Under the pieces are notes generated by a model that was not told the origin of the DNA, did no database searches, and was given only the letters and a program-made list of their open reading frames with translations. 52,487 bases of DNA, taken from positions 1 through 52,487 of the forward strand of contig JABDCD010000004.1 in the NCBI GenBank assembly GCA_013288305.1. Direction: 5' to 3'. The DNA is from Alphaproteobacteria bacterium (GTDB lineage Bacteria > Pseudomonadota > Alphaproteobacteria > Rickettsiales > SXRF01). Within the stretch, counting starts at the first letter, position 1. Each line of letters begins with the position of its first letter. Positions 7,892 through 16,430 of this stretch are shown here, piece by piece. The translations under genes were made by a program, and so were the position numbers.

Positions 7892-10702
7892 TTACTGAAT
7901 GATCTGGTTGAGGGCCTGCAGGAGGTTATCCGCCGTCGAAATCACTTTGGTGTTGGCCTGGTAGGCGCGTTGCGCGACGATCATCTGCGTCAGCTGGTCG
8001 GCCAATTCGACGTTGGATTGTTCAAGCGAGGAAGATGATATGGTGCCGACGCCGCTGTTGCCCGCTTGTTTCAGGTTGACCTGGCCGGATCCTGACGTTT
8101 GGGCGAAGACGTTGCCGGAGACTGACTCCAATTGATCCGGATCGGAAAAACTCGCCAGCGGAATCTGGTAGAGATTCTGGGTCTGGCCGTTGCTGAAACT
8201 GGCGGTAATCAATCCGGTCGAGCTAATGCTTACCGCGGTCAGACCGCCGACGGGCGCGCCGTTCTGGTTAACGAAGTTCACGGCAAACGCGCTGTTAAAC
8301 TGGCTAAGGCCGTCGGTTTTGCCGGTGCCGATAGCGCCCTCGGTGCCCCAGTTCATGGTGATCCTGCTGGCGGTAGCGCCGCCGGCCCAGTCGATGGTGA
8401 TCGGTTGCGACAGCAATGAGCTTACGCTTTGCAGGCTGCCGTCGCCGTTGAACTTGATGGTGCCGTAGGCGACCAAGCCGGTGGTCGAGGCGCCCGAGGT
8501 GCCGTCAAGGGAGGCGGAACTGACATCCGTGCCGGGCTGGGCATAGATTTCCACTGCCCAGGAATTGCTGCCCGTCTTGATGAAGCCTACGTTCAGGTTA
8601 TGCGACGTGCCCAGCGAATCGAATACGGTTATGGGCCGGCTGAATTGCGGAGTGATGTTGCCCGATGCCATATTTTTGCTGCTAGTGGTGGCCCCGTAGG
8701 CCGGTCCGAGTGCGCCAGTAGTGAGCGGCACGGTCTGACTGCCGAGCGTTGCCGTCAAGCCCAGTTCGGCCAGCAGACTGCCGGTATTAGTGCCGCCGTC
8801 GGTAAATGTGATTGTATCCAGCGGGTCGTTGACGTTGATCTTGACATCGGCAGCGCCCAGCGGGTTGTTGACAGTGGCGGTCAAGCCAGCGGAATTGTTG
8901 ACCAGATTGGCTAATCCCTGCAAGGTTGAAAAACGGCTGGCACTGCCGGAACTGGCGACATTGGCCACTCCCAGCTCGCCGACCCAGTCAATGCCTGCCA
9001 GCGGTGGCGCTCCGTTGATGCCGGTCGCCGATCCATTGGCGAGGGTAATGGCGTCGTTGCCGTTGATGGCGGCGATATAGAGGCGATTATTGACGACCCG
9101 CGCCGAAAGCCCGCTTACATCACTGATAGCCGTGGCAAGGTTATCAAGCGTGCTGAACTGTCCCAGCGTTGCATTAGGCGCCGACGCCGTATAGGTAAAG
9201 GTCGAGGTACCGGTGGTCGTCGTCGTGATGGTGAAACTGAGCGCTGCCGAGGTAAAATTGGCAGGTGTGGTAATGAGTGCCGTGGTCGCGCTGGTGGCGT
9301 CCAGTATGTCGCCGGAAAAGAGGCGTGGGGTTAAGATTGCGCCGGGAGTGCCGCCGGTAGTGACAAATTGCGTAACCGAAGCGCCGCCTTGAGTACTGCT
9401 GCCGCCGCTGTTGGTGCCGGTGCCGCCGGCTGCGGCGGTGGTGATGACATAGCTGCCGCCGGCCACCGACACCACGGTATGGACGGTGTTCATCTGACCA
9501 GCGGTTAGCATCGTGGCGCCGGTTGAATCGAGAATGGCGCCCGAACCGGCGATGGTCACGGTATCGCCAGCCACCAGGCCGGTCGGCGGCGTTCCGGCAA
9601 CGGTGACGGAAGTGCTGCCGGACGTGACGGTAAAAGGATTGGCCGCCAGCGCTGTTGCCGCCGGTGCAGTGACGCCGGTGGGAAGGGTTAGGGTGAAGCT
9701 GCCGCCGCTCACCGAATTTACATAAAATTTGCCGTCAAGAGCGCTTGACGACAGGCCATCGAAAGCAGTGGTATTGCCTGATATGCTGACGACTTGATGT
9801 GCCAGCAATCCTGCAGGGGGCGCCTGGTTAACAGTAATGGTATTGCTGCCTGGGGTGAAGGTAAAGGGATGGGTGCCAAGCGTAATGGCTACCGGCACAG
9901 CAGAACCGCTATCGCCGTAGTCGCCGGCGCCTGTCGCCTGATCGACCCTGCGGCTGGTAGCGAATCCGCCGTAGGTATAGGTGAAGCCGGTCGGGTTCAA
10001 CCCAGTGGTTACGGTCATTTTGTCGTTTTTGGTCAGATTATCGGTGCTGCTCGGCAAGATGATAGTATCGGCGGTGATGCCGAAATTCGTTGCATCCTGG
10101 CTGTCCATGATGGCATCGCCCGATGCGCCCGGGAAGGCCGTTTCTCCGGCATTGAGGTTGGCGCTTAAAGCGACGGTGCTGGTCGCCGAAGCGGTGCCGG
10201 CGACGCTCTGGACGTTGACGGTCCGCAAGCTGCTAAGGTTGGCGCTGGAAGTAGTATTAGCGTTGCCGGGCGCTCCCGGCAGCCGGCCGTTGCGGTCGAG
10301 CGGCCAGGCCTGCAGGAAATAGCCGGCGGCATTGACGAAATTGCCCGACGAATCCTGGGTGAAGGAGCCGGCGCGCGTATAGAGCACCTGTCCGCTGCCG
10401 GTCGAATTTTGGTTGACGACGAACAGGCCGCTGCCCTGAATGGCGATGTCGGTCGATGAGCTGGTGGATTGCAATAGCCCCTGCTGGTCAACCAGCTGGC
10501 GATTGCCTGCCAAGACGCCGCCTGGCGAAAAGCTGGTGCTGCTGGAAGCGCCGGTGACCAGCGTTTGAAACTCTACTTCCGTTTGCTTGTAGCCGGGCGT
10601 GTTGGCGTTGGAAATGTTGTTCGCCTCGATGCTGAGATTGCTGGCCTGAGCATCAAGTCCCGATACGCCTGCGAATAATGCGCCTAATAAACCACCGCTC
10701 AT
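7892..10702 (-). CDS. flgE: Flagellar hook protein FlgE (unusually long, 936 aa)
   Basis: The N-terminus GLDAQASNLSIEANNISNANTPGYK and the C-terminus LEQSNVELADQLTQMIVAQRAYQANTKVISTADNLLQALNQI are canonical FlgE/rod-family termini. There is a very large S/T/G-rich central insert. Confidence 0.9.
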   Translation of the reverse strand: MSGGLLGALFAGVSGLDAQASNLSIEANNISNANTPGYKQTEVEFQTLVTGASSSTSFSPGGVLAGNRQLVDQQGLLQSTSSSTDIAIQGSGLFVVNQNSTGSGQVLYTRAGSFTQDSSGNFVNAAGYFLQAWPLDRNGRLPGAPGNANTTSSANLSSLRTVNVQSVAGTASATSTVALSANLNAGETAFPGASGDAIMDSQDATNFGITADTIILPSSTDNLTKNDKMTVTTGLNPTGFTYTYGGFATSRRVDQATGAGDYGDSGSAVPVAITLGTHPFTFTPGSNTITVNQAPPAGLLAHQVVSISGNTTAFDGLSSSALDGKFYVNSVSGGSFTLTLPTGVTAPAATALAANPFTVTSGSTSVTVAGTPPTGLVAGDTVTIAGSGAILDSTGATMLTAGQMNTVHTVVSVAGGSYVITTAAAGGTGTNSGGSSTQGGASVTQFVTTGGTPGAILTPRLFSGDILDATSATTALITTPANFTSAALSFTITTTTTGTSTFTYTASAPNATLGQFSTLDNLATAISDVSGLSARVVNNRLYIAAINGNDAITLANGSATGINGAPPLAGIDWVGELGVANVASSGSASRFSTLQGLANLVNNSAGLTATVNNPLGAADVKINVNDPLDTITFTDGGTNTGSLLAELGLTATLGSQTVPLTTGALGPAYGATTSSKNMASGNITPQFSRPITVFDSLGTSHNLNVGFIKTGSNSWAVEIYAQPGTDVSSASLDGTSGASTTGLVAYGTIKFNGDGSLQSVSSLLSQPITIDWAGGATASRITMNWGTEGAIGTGKTDGLSQFNSAFAVNFVNQNGAPVGGLTAVSISSTGLITASFSNGQTQNLYQIPLASFSDPDQLESVSGNVFAQTSGSGQVNLKQAGNSGVGTISSSSLEQSNVELADQLTQMIVAQRAYQANTKVISTADNLLQALNQIIQ

Positions 10703-10744
10703 ATATTGTCTCCTTCTCTATAATAATGGTACATTACGTTTTGA

Positions 10745-11452
10745 TCAGCTGCCCGGGTTCGTGCCGGGGTTGTACACCGCCTGTACAGTGGCGAGCGGCA
10801 CCGACATGGTTCCGCCGAACGACAGGCTGGTCGTCCCGTTCTGCGTATCCACCGCTGTCACGACGCCGGTTGTCACCGCCGTCGCGGTCAGCGCATTGCC
10901 GCTGGAATCGGCGGCGGCGACGGTAAAGTTATAGGTGCCGCTCGGCACGGCCACTCCCGTTGTGCTGTTGGTTCCGTCCCATATGACCTGGTTGCGTCCG
11001 GCAATGGTCGTGCCGGGGCCGGAGAATACCGGCTGGCCAGCGCTGTTGGTGATGGTGACGTTGGCGCTCGACACCCCGGCGGGCAGGGTATACACCAGCG
11101 TCGCCTGGCCGCCCGCAAGTTCGGTCTGGGCCGGGCTGCCGCCGGCATCGATCTGCTTGCCGATATAGGAGACGGCGTTACTGGTCTGGCTGGCGCTAAA
11201 CGCTGCAGTCATCTGCTGAAGAAGAGCGTTGGTCTGGACCTGCTGTTCGACCTGGCTGAGTTGTGCCAGCTGGCCGACCATTTGCGTAGGATCTATCGGC
11301 GAGGTGGGATCCTGGTTTTGCAACTCGGTGGTCAAGATACGCAAAAATTCCTGATAATTGGCGTTGAGACCCTGTTGGGCCTGAGTGATGTTGTTGTTCG
11401 TGCTCGCGGCGCTGCTTGCCGTATTGATGATGTTGTTGACGCTGGTGCTCAT
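10745..11452 (-). CDS. flgD: Flagellar hook capping/assembly protein FlgD
   Basis: YQEFLRILTTELQNQDPTSPIDPTQMVGQLAQLSQVEQ is the FlgD signature. The C-terminal part looks like a FlgD Ig-like domain (YNFTVAAAD). Confidence 0.9.
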   Translation of the reverse strand: MSTSVNNIINTASSAASTNNNITQAQQGLNANYQEFLRILTTELQNQDPTSPIDPTQMVGQLAQLSQVEQQVQTNALLQQMTAAFSASQTSNAVSYIGKQIDAGGSPAQTELAGGQATLVYTLPAGVSSANVTITNSAGQPVFSGPGTTIAGRNQVIWDGTNSTTGVAVPSGTYNFTVAAADSSGNALTATAVTTGVVTAVDTQNGTTSLSFGGTMSVPLATVQAVYNPGTNPGS

Positions 11453-11467
11453 GGCATTCTCCTTCTT

Positions 11468-13210
11468 TTAAATAGTAATATCCAGGCCTTCGACCAGGTT
11501 CACGACATAGCTCCTGGATAGGCTGGCGATGGCGGGGTTGTCTTCCTCGGGCTGCGCCTGCTGATAGGTGGCTGCCGCCTGCTGGCTGGGTTGTCCCTGC
11601 TGCTGCCCGCCGCCGCTTAAAGAGAAATTGAGGCTGCCGCTGTCGGTGGTCAAACCGGCATCGTTCAGCGCGCGCGTGAGCCCTTGCGTGTCGCGCTGCA
11701 ACAGGTCGAGCGTGTTTTTATTGTCGGCGGTGATGGTTATGCCGCTGGCCTTGCCGTCGGCGCTGACATCGAGCTTGACATTGACGGTGCCCAGTTCCGG
11801 CGGGCTGAGCTTAATGGTAATGGTACTGCTGCCGTCGCCTAAGGCCGTTTTCACCTGGAACCGCACCTGCTCCAGCACTTCACCTTGCGACACTTGGTTC
11901 AATATCTTCGCAAAAGATGCGCTGCCGGCAGCGGAAGATGCGGGCGAGGAAGAAGCCGCGGCGATGACCGGTTGCGGCGCCTGGTTCTGGCTCTGGTCTT
12001 GATTGTTGCCGTTGCCGGAGTTGCCGGCGCTATCCTGCGGGACATTGGTCTGCAGGACGGCCTGTGCATTTACCGCCAGATTCACCAAGGTCGGTTTTTC
12101 CGGCGTTTCCTGCACTATCGGCGCGGTGGGGATGTTGATGGTGGGGGGCGCAACGCCGGATGCATCTTTGTTGCCCGCGTCAGTCTTGGGCGAGTCGGAT
12201 ATGTTCGCCATCGTTGTTTGCAGGCTGGCTTTGGCTTGCGCAAAGATAGTTTCGTTATTGGTTTTCAGGGTTTGCAACTGATTTTTTACCTGCTCGATGG
12301 AATTTTTAAGGAGGCTGCCCGGATCGCCAAACGGCTGTGCGTTGCCAAGCAACGGATCAGTGCTATTGCCGTTGCTGCCGGCAGTGGCGGATGGATGGAC
12401 CAGCTGCGATAATCGGGTCATATCGGACAGCAGCGAATCGCTGAGCGTCTGCACATTGCTGCGGTTGCCCGGTGTCGCCAATGATTGTTGCAGTTGCTGC
12501 AGCAGCGACTGCATGTCCTTGAGCAGGGCGATTTCCTGATCCTGCGCGGTTTGCGCGCCGGTTCCTGCCGATTGCGCAGGGTCGCTTGCACTGTTTGCGG
12601 TGGCGGAAGCCACCAGTTGCGTCGCCGGGCCGGCGGCTGCCTGTACCGGCATAGCGCCGCCGGACAAGGCCTGTATCATGCTGAGCAGGATATCGCTGAT
12701 AGCGCCGAGCTGGTTCTGGAGCTGCGCACGTAATTGCCTGGAGGCCTGGCCGTCAGTACCGCCCGCAGTCTGATCCGCTGTCGTTGGTGTCGAGGCCGGC
12801 TGCGAGGATGACGATGCTGCAGCGCCCTGGTCAGGCTTTGACGGTTTCAGCGTGGGTGCCGCGGGATGCGATGGATTGGCGGTATTGTCCTGCGCCTGAT
12901 TGGCGGGGGAAGAATTTTGCTGCGCCGCCGGTTTTTCGGGCGGAGCGGGCGCATGGTTATCCTGGCTGGAATTATTGGCGGCAAAAACTGCCGCAGGGAC
13001 ATGTGCCGGCGCCGTTAGGGACTGACCGGCGGTATCCTGGCCGCTATTTCCCGGTGCGGATTGATTGTTTCCCGACCATATGTCGTTGCCGCCGTTCCCC
13101 TGAATGTTCAGCAGGGCGAGAAAACCCTCCGCCGCATTCTGCGCCGGGGTGGCCTGCCCAAGGTTGGAAAGGTCCGGCACGGCTGTAGACAATAGCGGCA
13201 AGGTCAACAT
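11468..13210 (-). CDS. fliK: Flagellar hook-length control protein FliK
   Basis: 580 aa, Q/A/S/P-rich and disordered N-terminally. It has a conserved C-terminal FliK domain (ITIKLSPPELGTVNVKLDVSADGKASGITITADN...LLQRDTQGLTRALNDAGL). Position is upstream of flgD-flgE. Confidence 0.8.
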   Translation of the reverse strand: MLTLPLLSTAVPDLSNLGQATPAQNAAEGFLALLNIQGNGGNDIWSGNNQSAPGNSGQDTAGQSLTAPAHVPAAVFAANNSSQDNHAPAPPEKPAAQQNSSPANQAQDNTANPSHPAAPTLKPSKPDQGAAASSSSQPASTPTTADQTAGGTDGQASRQLRAQLQNQLGAISDILLSMIQALSGGAMPVQAAAGPATQLVASATANSASDPAQSAGTGAQTAQDQEIALLKDMQSLLQQLQQSLATPGNRSNVQTLSDSLLSDMTRLSQLVHPSATAGSNGNSTDPLLGNAQPFGDPGSLLKNSIEQVKNQLQTLKTNNETIFAQAKASLQTTMANISDSPKTDAGNKDASGVAPPTINIPTAPIVQETPEKPTLVNLAVNAQAVLQTNVPQDSAGNSGNGNNQDQSQNQAPQPVIAAASSSPASSAAGSASFAKILNQVSQGEVLEQVRFQVKTALGDGSSTITIKLSPPELGTVNVKLDVSADGKASGITITADNKNTLDLLQRDTQGLTRALNDAGLTTDSGSLNFSLSGGGQQQGQPSQQAAATYQQAQPEEDNPAIASLSRSYVVNLVEGLDITI

Positions 13211-13246
13211 GGCATATCCTCACAAACAATCTTTGTTTATAAGATA

Positions 13247-13262
13247 AGCAAGGACTGTGCCA
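13247..13262 (-). promoter_or_regulatory. Sigma54 (-24/-12) promoter upstream of fliK-flgD-flgE
   Basis: The minus strand reads TGGCACAGTCCTTGCT, a full match to TGGCAC-N5-TTGC(A/T). The -12 element lies ~37 nt upstream of the fliK ATG (13210). Confidence 0.75.
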
Positions 13263-13307
13263 AGCCGGTGGGTGAAAGAGGGGTGATTTTGCCCTGAGTA
13301 TCCAACG

Positions 13308-13778
13308 TTACGCGGAAAGTGCTACGTTATCCGTGCCGTTGGCGGGAGGGGTGGTGGAAGGATCGGCGGGCATGGGGGAATTTTCCACCGGTGCGCTCGC
13401 GGAACTGTTTTTATCGATCTCATGCCATGCATCGCGCATCTGTTTCAGGTCGGCAATGACGTCATCGCAGGTTTCCAGGCTATTGGTGCGATGGATGGAG
13501 AAGATGCGGCTGTCGATGCTGGAGTAAAAGCCATGTAATATCGGCGCGATGTCGCCGCCGTTTTCAAAATCGAGGCAGGCCTGGAGGCCGTTGATGATAT
13601 CCGTAGCTTTGATCAGCAGGTGGTAGCGTTCCTCGATGCGTTTGCCGCGGATGGCATCCTTGGCTTGCTGCAAGAGGCGGATGACGCCGTCATAGAGCAT
13701 GACGATCTGCCGCGTCTTGGCCACCGTTTGCGTGGCGGCGGCATAGGCCTGATATTTTTTCTGCGTCGGTTGGGTCAT
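13308..13778 (-). CDS. fliS: Flagellin-specific export chaperone FliS
   Basis: YQAYAAATQTVAKTRQIVMLYDGVIRLLQQAKDAI...INGLQACLDFENGGDIAPILHGFYSSI is the typical FliS four-helix pattern. Lies 3 nt downstream of fliD. Confidence 0.9.
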   Translation of the reverse strand: MTQPTQKKYQAYAAATQTVAKTRQIVMLYDGVIRLLQQAKDAIRGKRIEERYHLLIKATDIINGLQACLDFENGGDIAPILHGFYSSIDSRIFSIHRTNSLETCDDVIADLKQMRDAWHEIDKNSSASAPVENSPMPADPSTTPPANGTDNVALSA

Positions 13779-13780
13779 GT

Positions 13781-15904
13781 TTAGTGGCCGGAAGCAGTGA
13801 GCGCCGCATTCTGGTTTGCCGTGATGCCGTTAATCAGCGTATTGGTATTTGAAATTGCCTGCTCCAGCGCCGCGAATTCATTGAGCAGCTGCTGCTGGTA
13901 TTGCGTCACCTGGGCATTGACCCGCGTGATGTCGTTAGTCAGCGTCGTATTGTTGGTCTGTATTCCCTTCAGGGCCACGGCCAGCGTGCCGGTATTGGCG
14001 GTGGTGGCGGCATTGCTGGTATTGAATGTTTTATCGGCCACTCCCTGCGTTACGCCCACGCTGATGGTGGCGTCGGCGGTGCTGGCATAGATCATCTCCA
14101 ATCCGTCCAGCGCCGATCCGGCCGGGCCGCTCAGAAAATAACCTTCGCCGCCGGGCAGGAGCGTGGCCGTCAGGGTAATCGGCGGATTGCTGCCGATGGT
14201 CGCCGTGAAGACGCCGCCGGTGTTATTCAAGGTGAAAGCCGTTGCCGCCAGCGCGTTGGTCTCCGAGAATACGGTCAATGCGGCATTGTTCGAGGTCAGG
14301 TGGAATCCGAACAGATTATTGACCGCCTGAAAATTACTGGAGAGCGCCGACGCTAGCTGGCCGTCATTGACGGTAAGAATATTATCTACCTCCGGCGTGG
14401 TGCTAGTGGCGGCCTGCTTGGTAAAGGTGATGCCGACATCGCTAAGGCTGGTGATGGTTCCGGTAAGCCCCGACACCTGCGAGATGATTTTCTGATTGAT
14501 GTCGTCCATGGTTTGCCGGAACGTCGGGTTGTTGGCGAGGATGGCCGTAGCGGCATAGGTGCCGTCGCTATTCAGTTGGGTCTGCTGGGCGGCAAAGGTC
14601 TTGAGGGCGTTATAGGCATTGACGTAACCCACGATCGAATTCTGGATCGTGGTGGTGTCCGGCGAAATCGTTACCGGATACGCCGTGTTGCTGCCGCCGG
14701 GCGTCGTTTGCAGCAGGTTGAAGGTCAGGCCGCTGATGACGTCGTTGATGTTATTGGTCGAGCGTGTAATTGAGATGCCGTTTATTTTAAAAATCGCATC
14801 GGTGCCGGCGGTTGGTGTTGTGGCTGCCACTATCGATCCCATGCTGACGCCGGTGAGTGTGGCCGCAAGATTGAGTGGAGCCAGGGCGCCCGCGCCGGGA
14901 TTCTGGGTGAACGTCAATTTATATTGGTTGGTGCCAGCCTTCACAATATGCGCCGTGACGCCGGTGCCGGCGACGGTGTTGAAATCGGATGCCACCTGGG
15001 TGAGCGTATCGCCTTCGCTGATGGTGACGGTGTGGCCGTTTACTGAATACATGCCGGGGGTGAACTGAATGCCGGTACTTCCGGTGATATTACTGTTCGA
15101 TGCTACAATCACGCTGGGACTGGCAATGGTAAAAATGCCCGTGCTCTGCTGTTCGGTCAGGCCGATATTGCCGAGCACGCCGGAAGGATCGCTGGTGATG
15201 GTGGTGTTATTGGCTAAGTTGAAGTTGTTGGCCGTGCCGGTGCTGGCGGCATTGAACGATAGCTGGTAATGCGTGGCGTCTATCTGGATAACGGTCGCAC
15301 CGACGCCGGTGATGCCGGAAATGGAGTTGAAATCGTTGGCCACGGCATTAAGGCTGTCGCCTTCATGGAGTGTGATGGTTTGACCGTCGGAGAAAGTGAT
15401 GGTGCCCGGTGCGAACTGGTAGGGGCTACCCGATATGGGATTAGCCGATACGGCGGATGCATTGGCGCTGGCAACGTTGAAGATTCCCGTTGTTTGCGCT
15501 GCTGCCGTGGCAAGACTGCTGATATTGCTGATGTTATAGGATTGAAGCGCCGCGCCGGGCGACGTCGTGACTGAAACATAGGTACTGCCGCCGTTGCCGA
15601 CGCTGCCGGTGGTAAAATCAAAGGCATTGTTGGCTTCATTGCCGACGCCGGGGGGATTGCGCAGGGCATCGGCGGAGCTCTGGAAGCTGCTGAGCAGGCT
15701 TTGGAACTGGTTCAGTGCGTCGCTGATCTTGCCGTTGGCCGTAATCTGGGTCTGGTCATTGGTGGCGGGCTGGCTTCTGATGGCTACCAGCGAAGCGATC
15801 AAGGTTTGCGTGTCCAGCCCGGAACCGCCGGCGCCGAACAGCACATTTTTTTTGCTGCCATCCGGATTAGTAATGGAAGAAAAATTGCCTAAGGTTATCG
15901 ACAT
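13781..15904 (-). CDS. fliD: Flagellar filament cap protein FliD (707 aa)
   Basis: N-terminal GLDTQTLIASLVAIRSQPATNDQTQI and C-terminal VTQYQQQLLNEFAALEQAISNTNTLINGI coiled-coil segments. The centre contains repeated flagellin-IN-like motifs (ITFSDGQTITLHEGDSLNAVANDFN / YSVNGHTVTISEGDTLTQVASDFN). Confidence 0.9.
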   Translation of the reverse strand: MSITLGNFSSITNPDGSKKNVLFGAGGSGLDTQTLIASLVAIRSQPATNDQTQITANGKISDALNQFQSLLSSFQSSADALRNPPGVGNEANNAFDFTTGSVGNGGSTYVSVTTSPGAALQSYNISNISSLATAAAQTTGIFNVASANASAVSANPISGSPYQFAPGTITFSDGQTITLHEGDSLNAVANDFNSISGITGVGATVIQIDATHYQLSFNAASTGTANNFNLANNTTITSDPSGVLGNIGLTEQQSTGIFTIASPSVIVASNSNITGSTGIQFTPGMYSVNGHTVTISEGDTLTQVASDFNTVAGTGVTAHIVKAGTNQYKLTFTQNPGAGALAPLNLAATLTGVSMGSIVAATTPTAGTDAIFKINGISITRSTNNINDVISGLTFNLLQTTPGGSNTAYPVTISPDTTTIQNSIVGYVNAYNALKTFAAQQTQLNSDGTYAATAILANNPTFRQTMDDINQKIISQVSGLTGTITSLSDVGITFTKQAATSTTPEVDNILTVNDGQLASALSSNFQAVNNLFGFHLTSNNAALTVFSETNALAATAFTLNNTGGVFTATIGSNPPITLTATLLPGGEGYFLSGPAGSALDGLEMIYASTADATISVGVTQGVADKTFNTSNAATTANTGTLAVALKGIQTNNTTLTNDITRVNAQVTQYQQQLLNEFAALEQAISNTNTLINGITANQNAALTASGH

Positions 15905-15989
15905 ACCATCCCCTCAAAGACTATAATAGCCCACCTATATTAACTATAAGTAAAATTATCATCTAACATATAATAATTAATATTATTAG

Positions 15990-16005
15990 AGCAAGAAACG
16001 TGCCT
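15990..16005 (-). promoter_or_regulatory. Sigma54 (-24/-12) promoter upstream of fliD-fliS
   Basis: The minus strand reads AGGCACGTTTCTTGCT (GGCACG-N4-TTGCT). It overlaps the flaG stop codon and lies ~85 nt upstream of the fliD ATG across an AT-rich leader. Confidence 0.7.
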
Positions 16006-16366
16006 ACGCCTGTATTTTAAGCAGGGGCGCGCTGCCGGATGCCCCGCTCAATTTGAACAGCGCAGGCTCCGGGACGTAAGTGACCTTGCCGTCGCGCAAG
16101 CTCGTATACCGGGTGATATATTGGCCGGTGGCGTCCTTGAAAATAGTGAATTTCTGGTCGCTGACGACGTATACGTTAGCGACGCTCTGGGCCATTTGCT
16201 GTACGGCTTGATAGTGTGCCTGCTCCATCGCCTGGGCATCGGGATCTGCCTGAACGGGCGCCGGAGTGGGTGAAGGAATAATCGGCATGCTTTGACCGGC
16301 AGGCACAGAAATCGCCTGTACCGGTGTCGATATAACAATGGGTGGCGTGATTCCAATGGGATCCAT
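16004..16366 (-). CDS. flaG: Flagellar protein FlaG
   Basis: 120 aa. The C-terminal FTIFKDATGQYITRYTSLRDGKVTYVPEP matches the FlaG-family core. Lies immediately downstream of flagellin. Confidence 0.75.
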   Translation of the reverse strand: MDPIGITPPIVISTPVQAISVPAGQSMPIIPSPTPAPVQADPDAQAMEQAHYQAVQQMAQSVANVYVVSDQKFTIFKDATGQYITRYTSLRDGKVTYVPEPALFKLSGASGSAPLLKIQA

Positions 16367-16385
16367 GGTATCCTCCTTACGGGGT

Positions 16386-16415
16386 TACCCGGGATGGATT
16401 GCTCCATCCCGGGTA
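16386..16415 (-). terminator. Perfect 12-bp-stem hairpin between fliC and flaG (terminator/attenuator or protein-binding palindrome)
   Basis: TACCCGGGATGG-attgct-CCATCCCGGGTA has no mismatches. It starts 16 nt after the fliC stop. No U-tract follows on the sense (minus) strand, so intrinsic-terminator function is uncertain. Confidence 0.45.
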
Positions 16416-16430
16416 GTGGTCCGTACAGTC

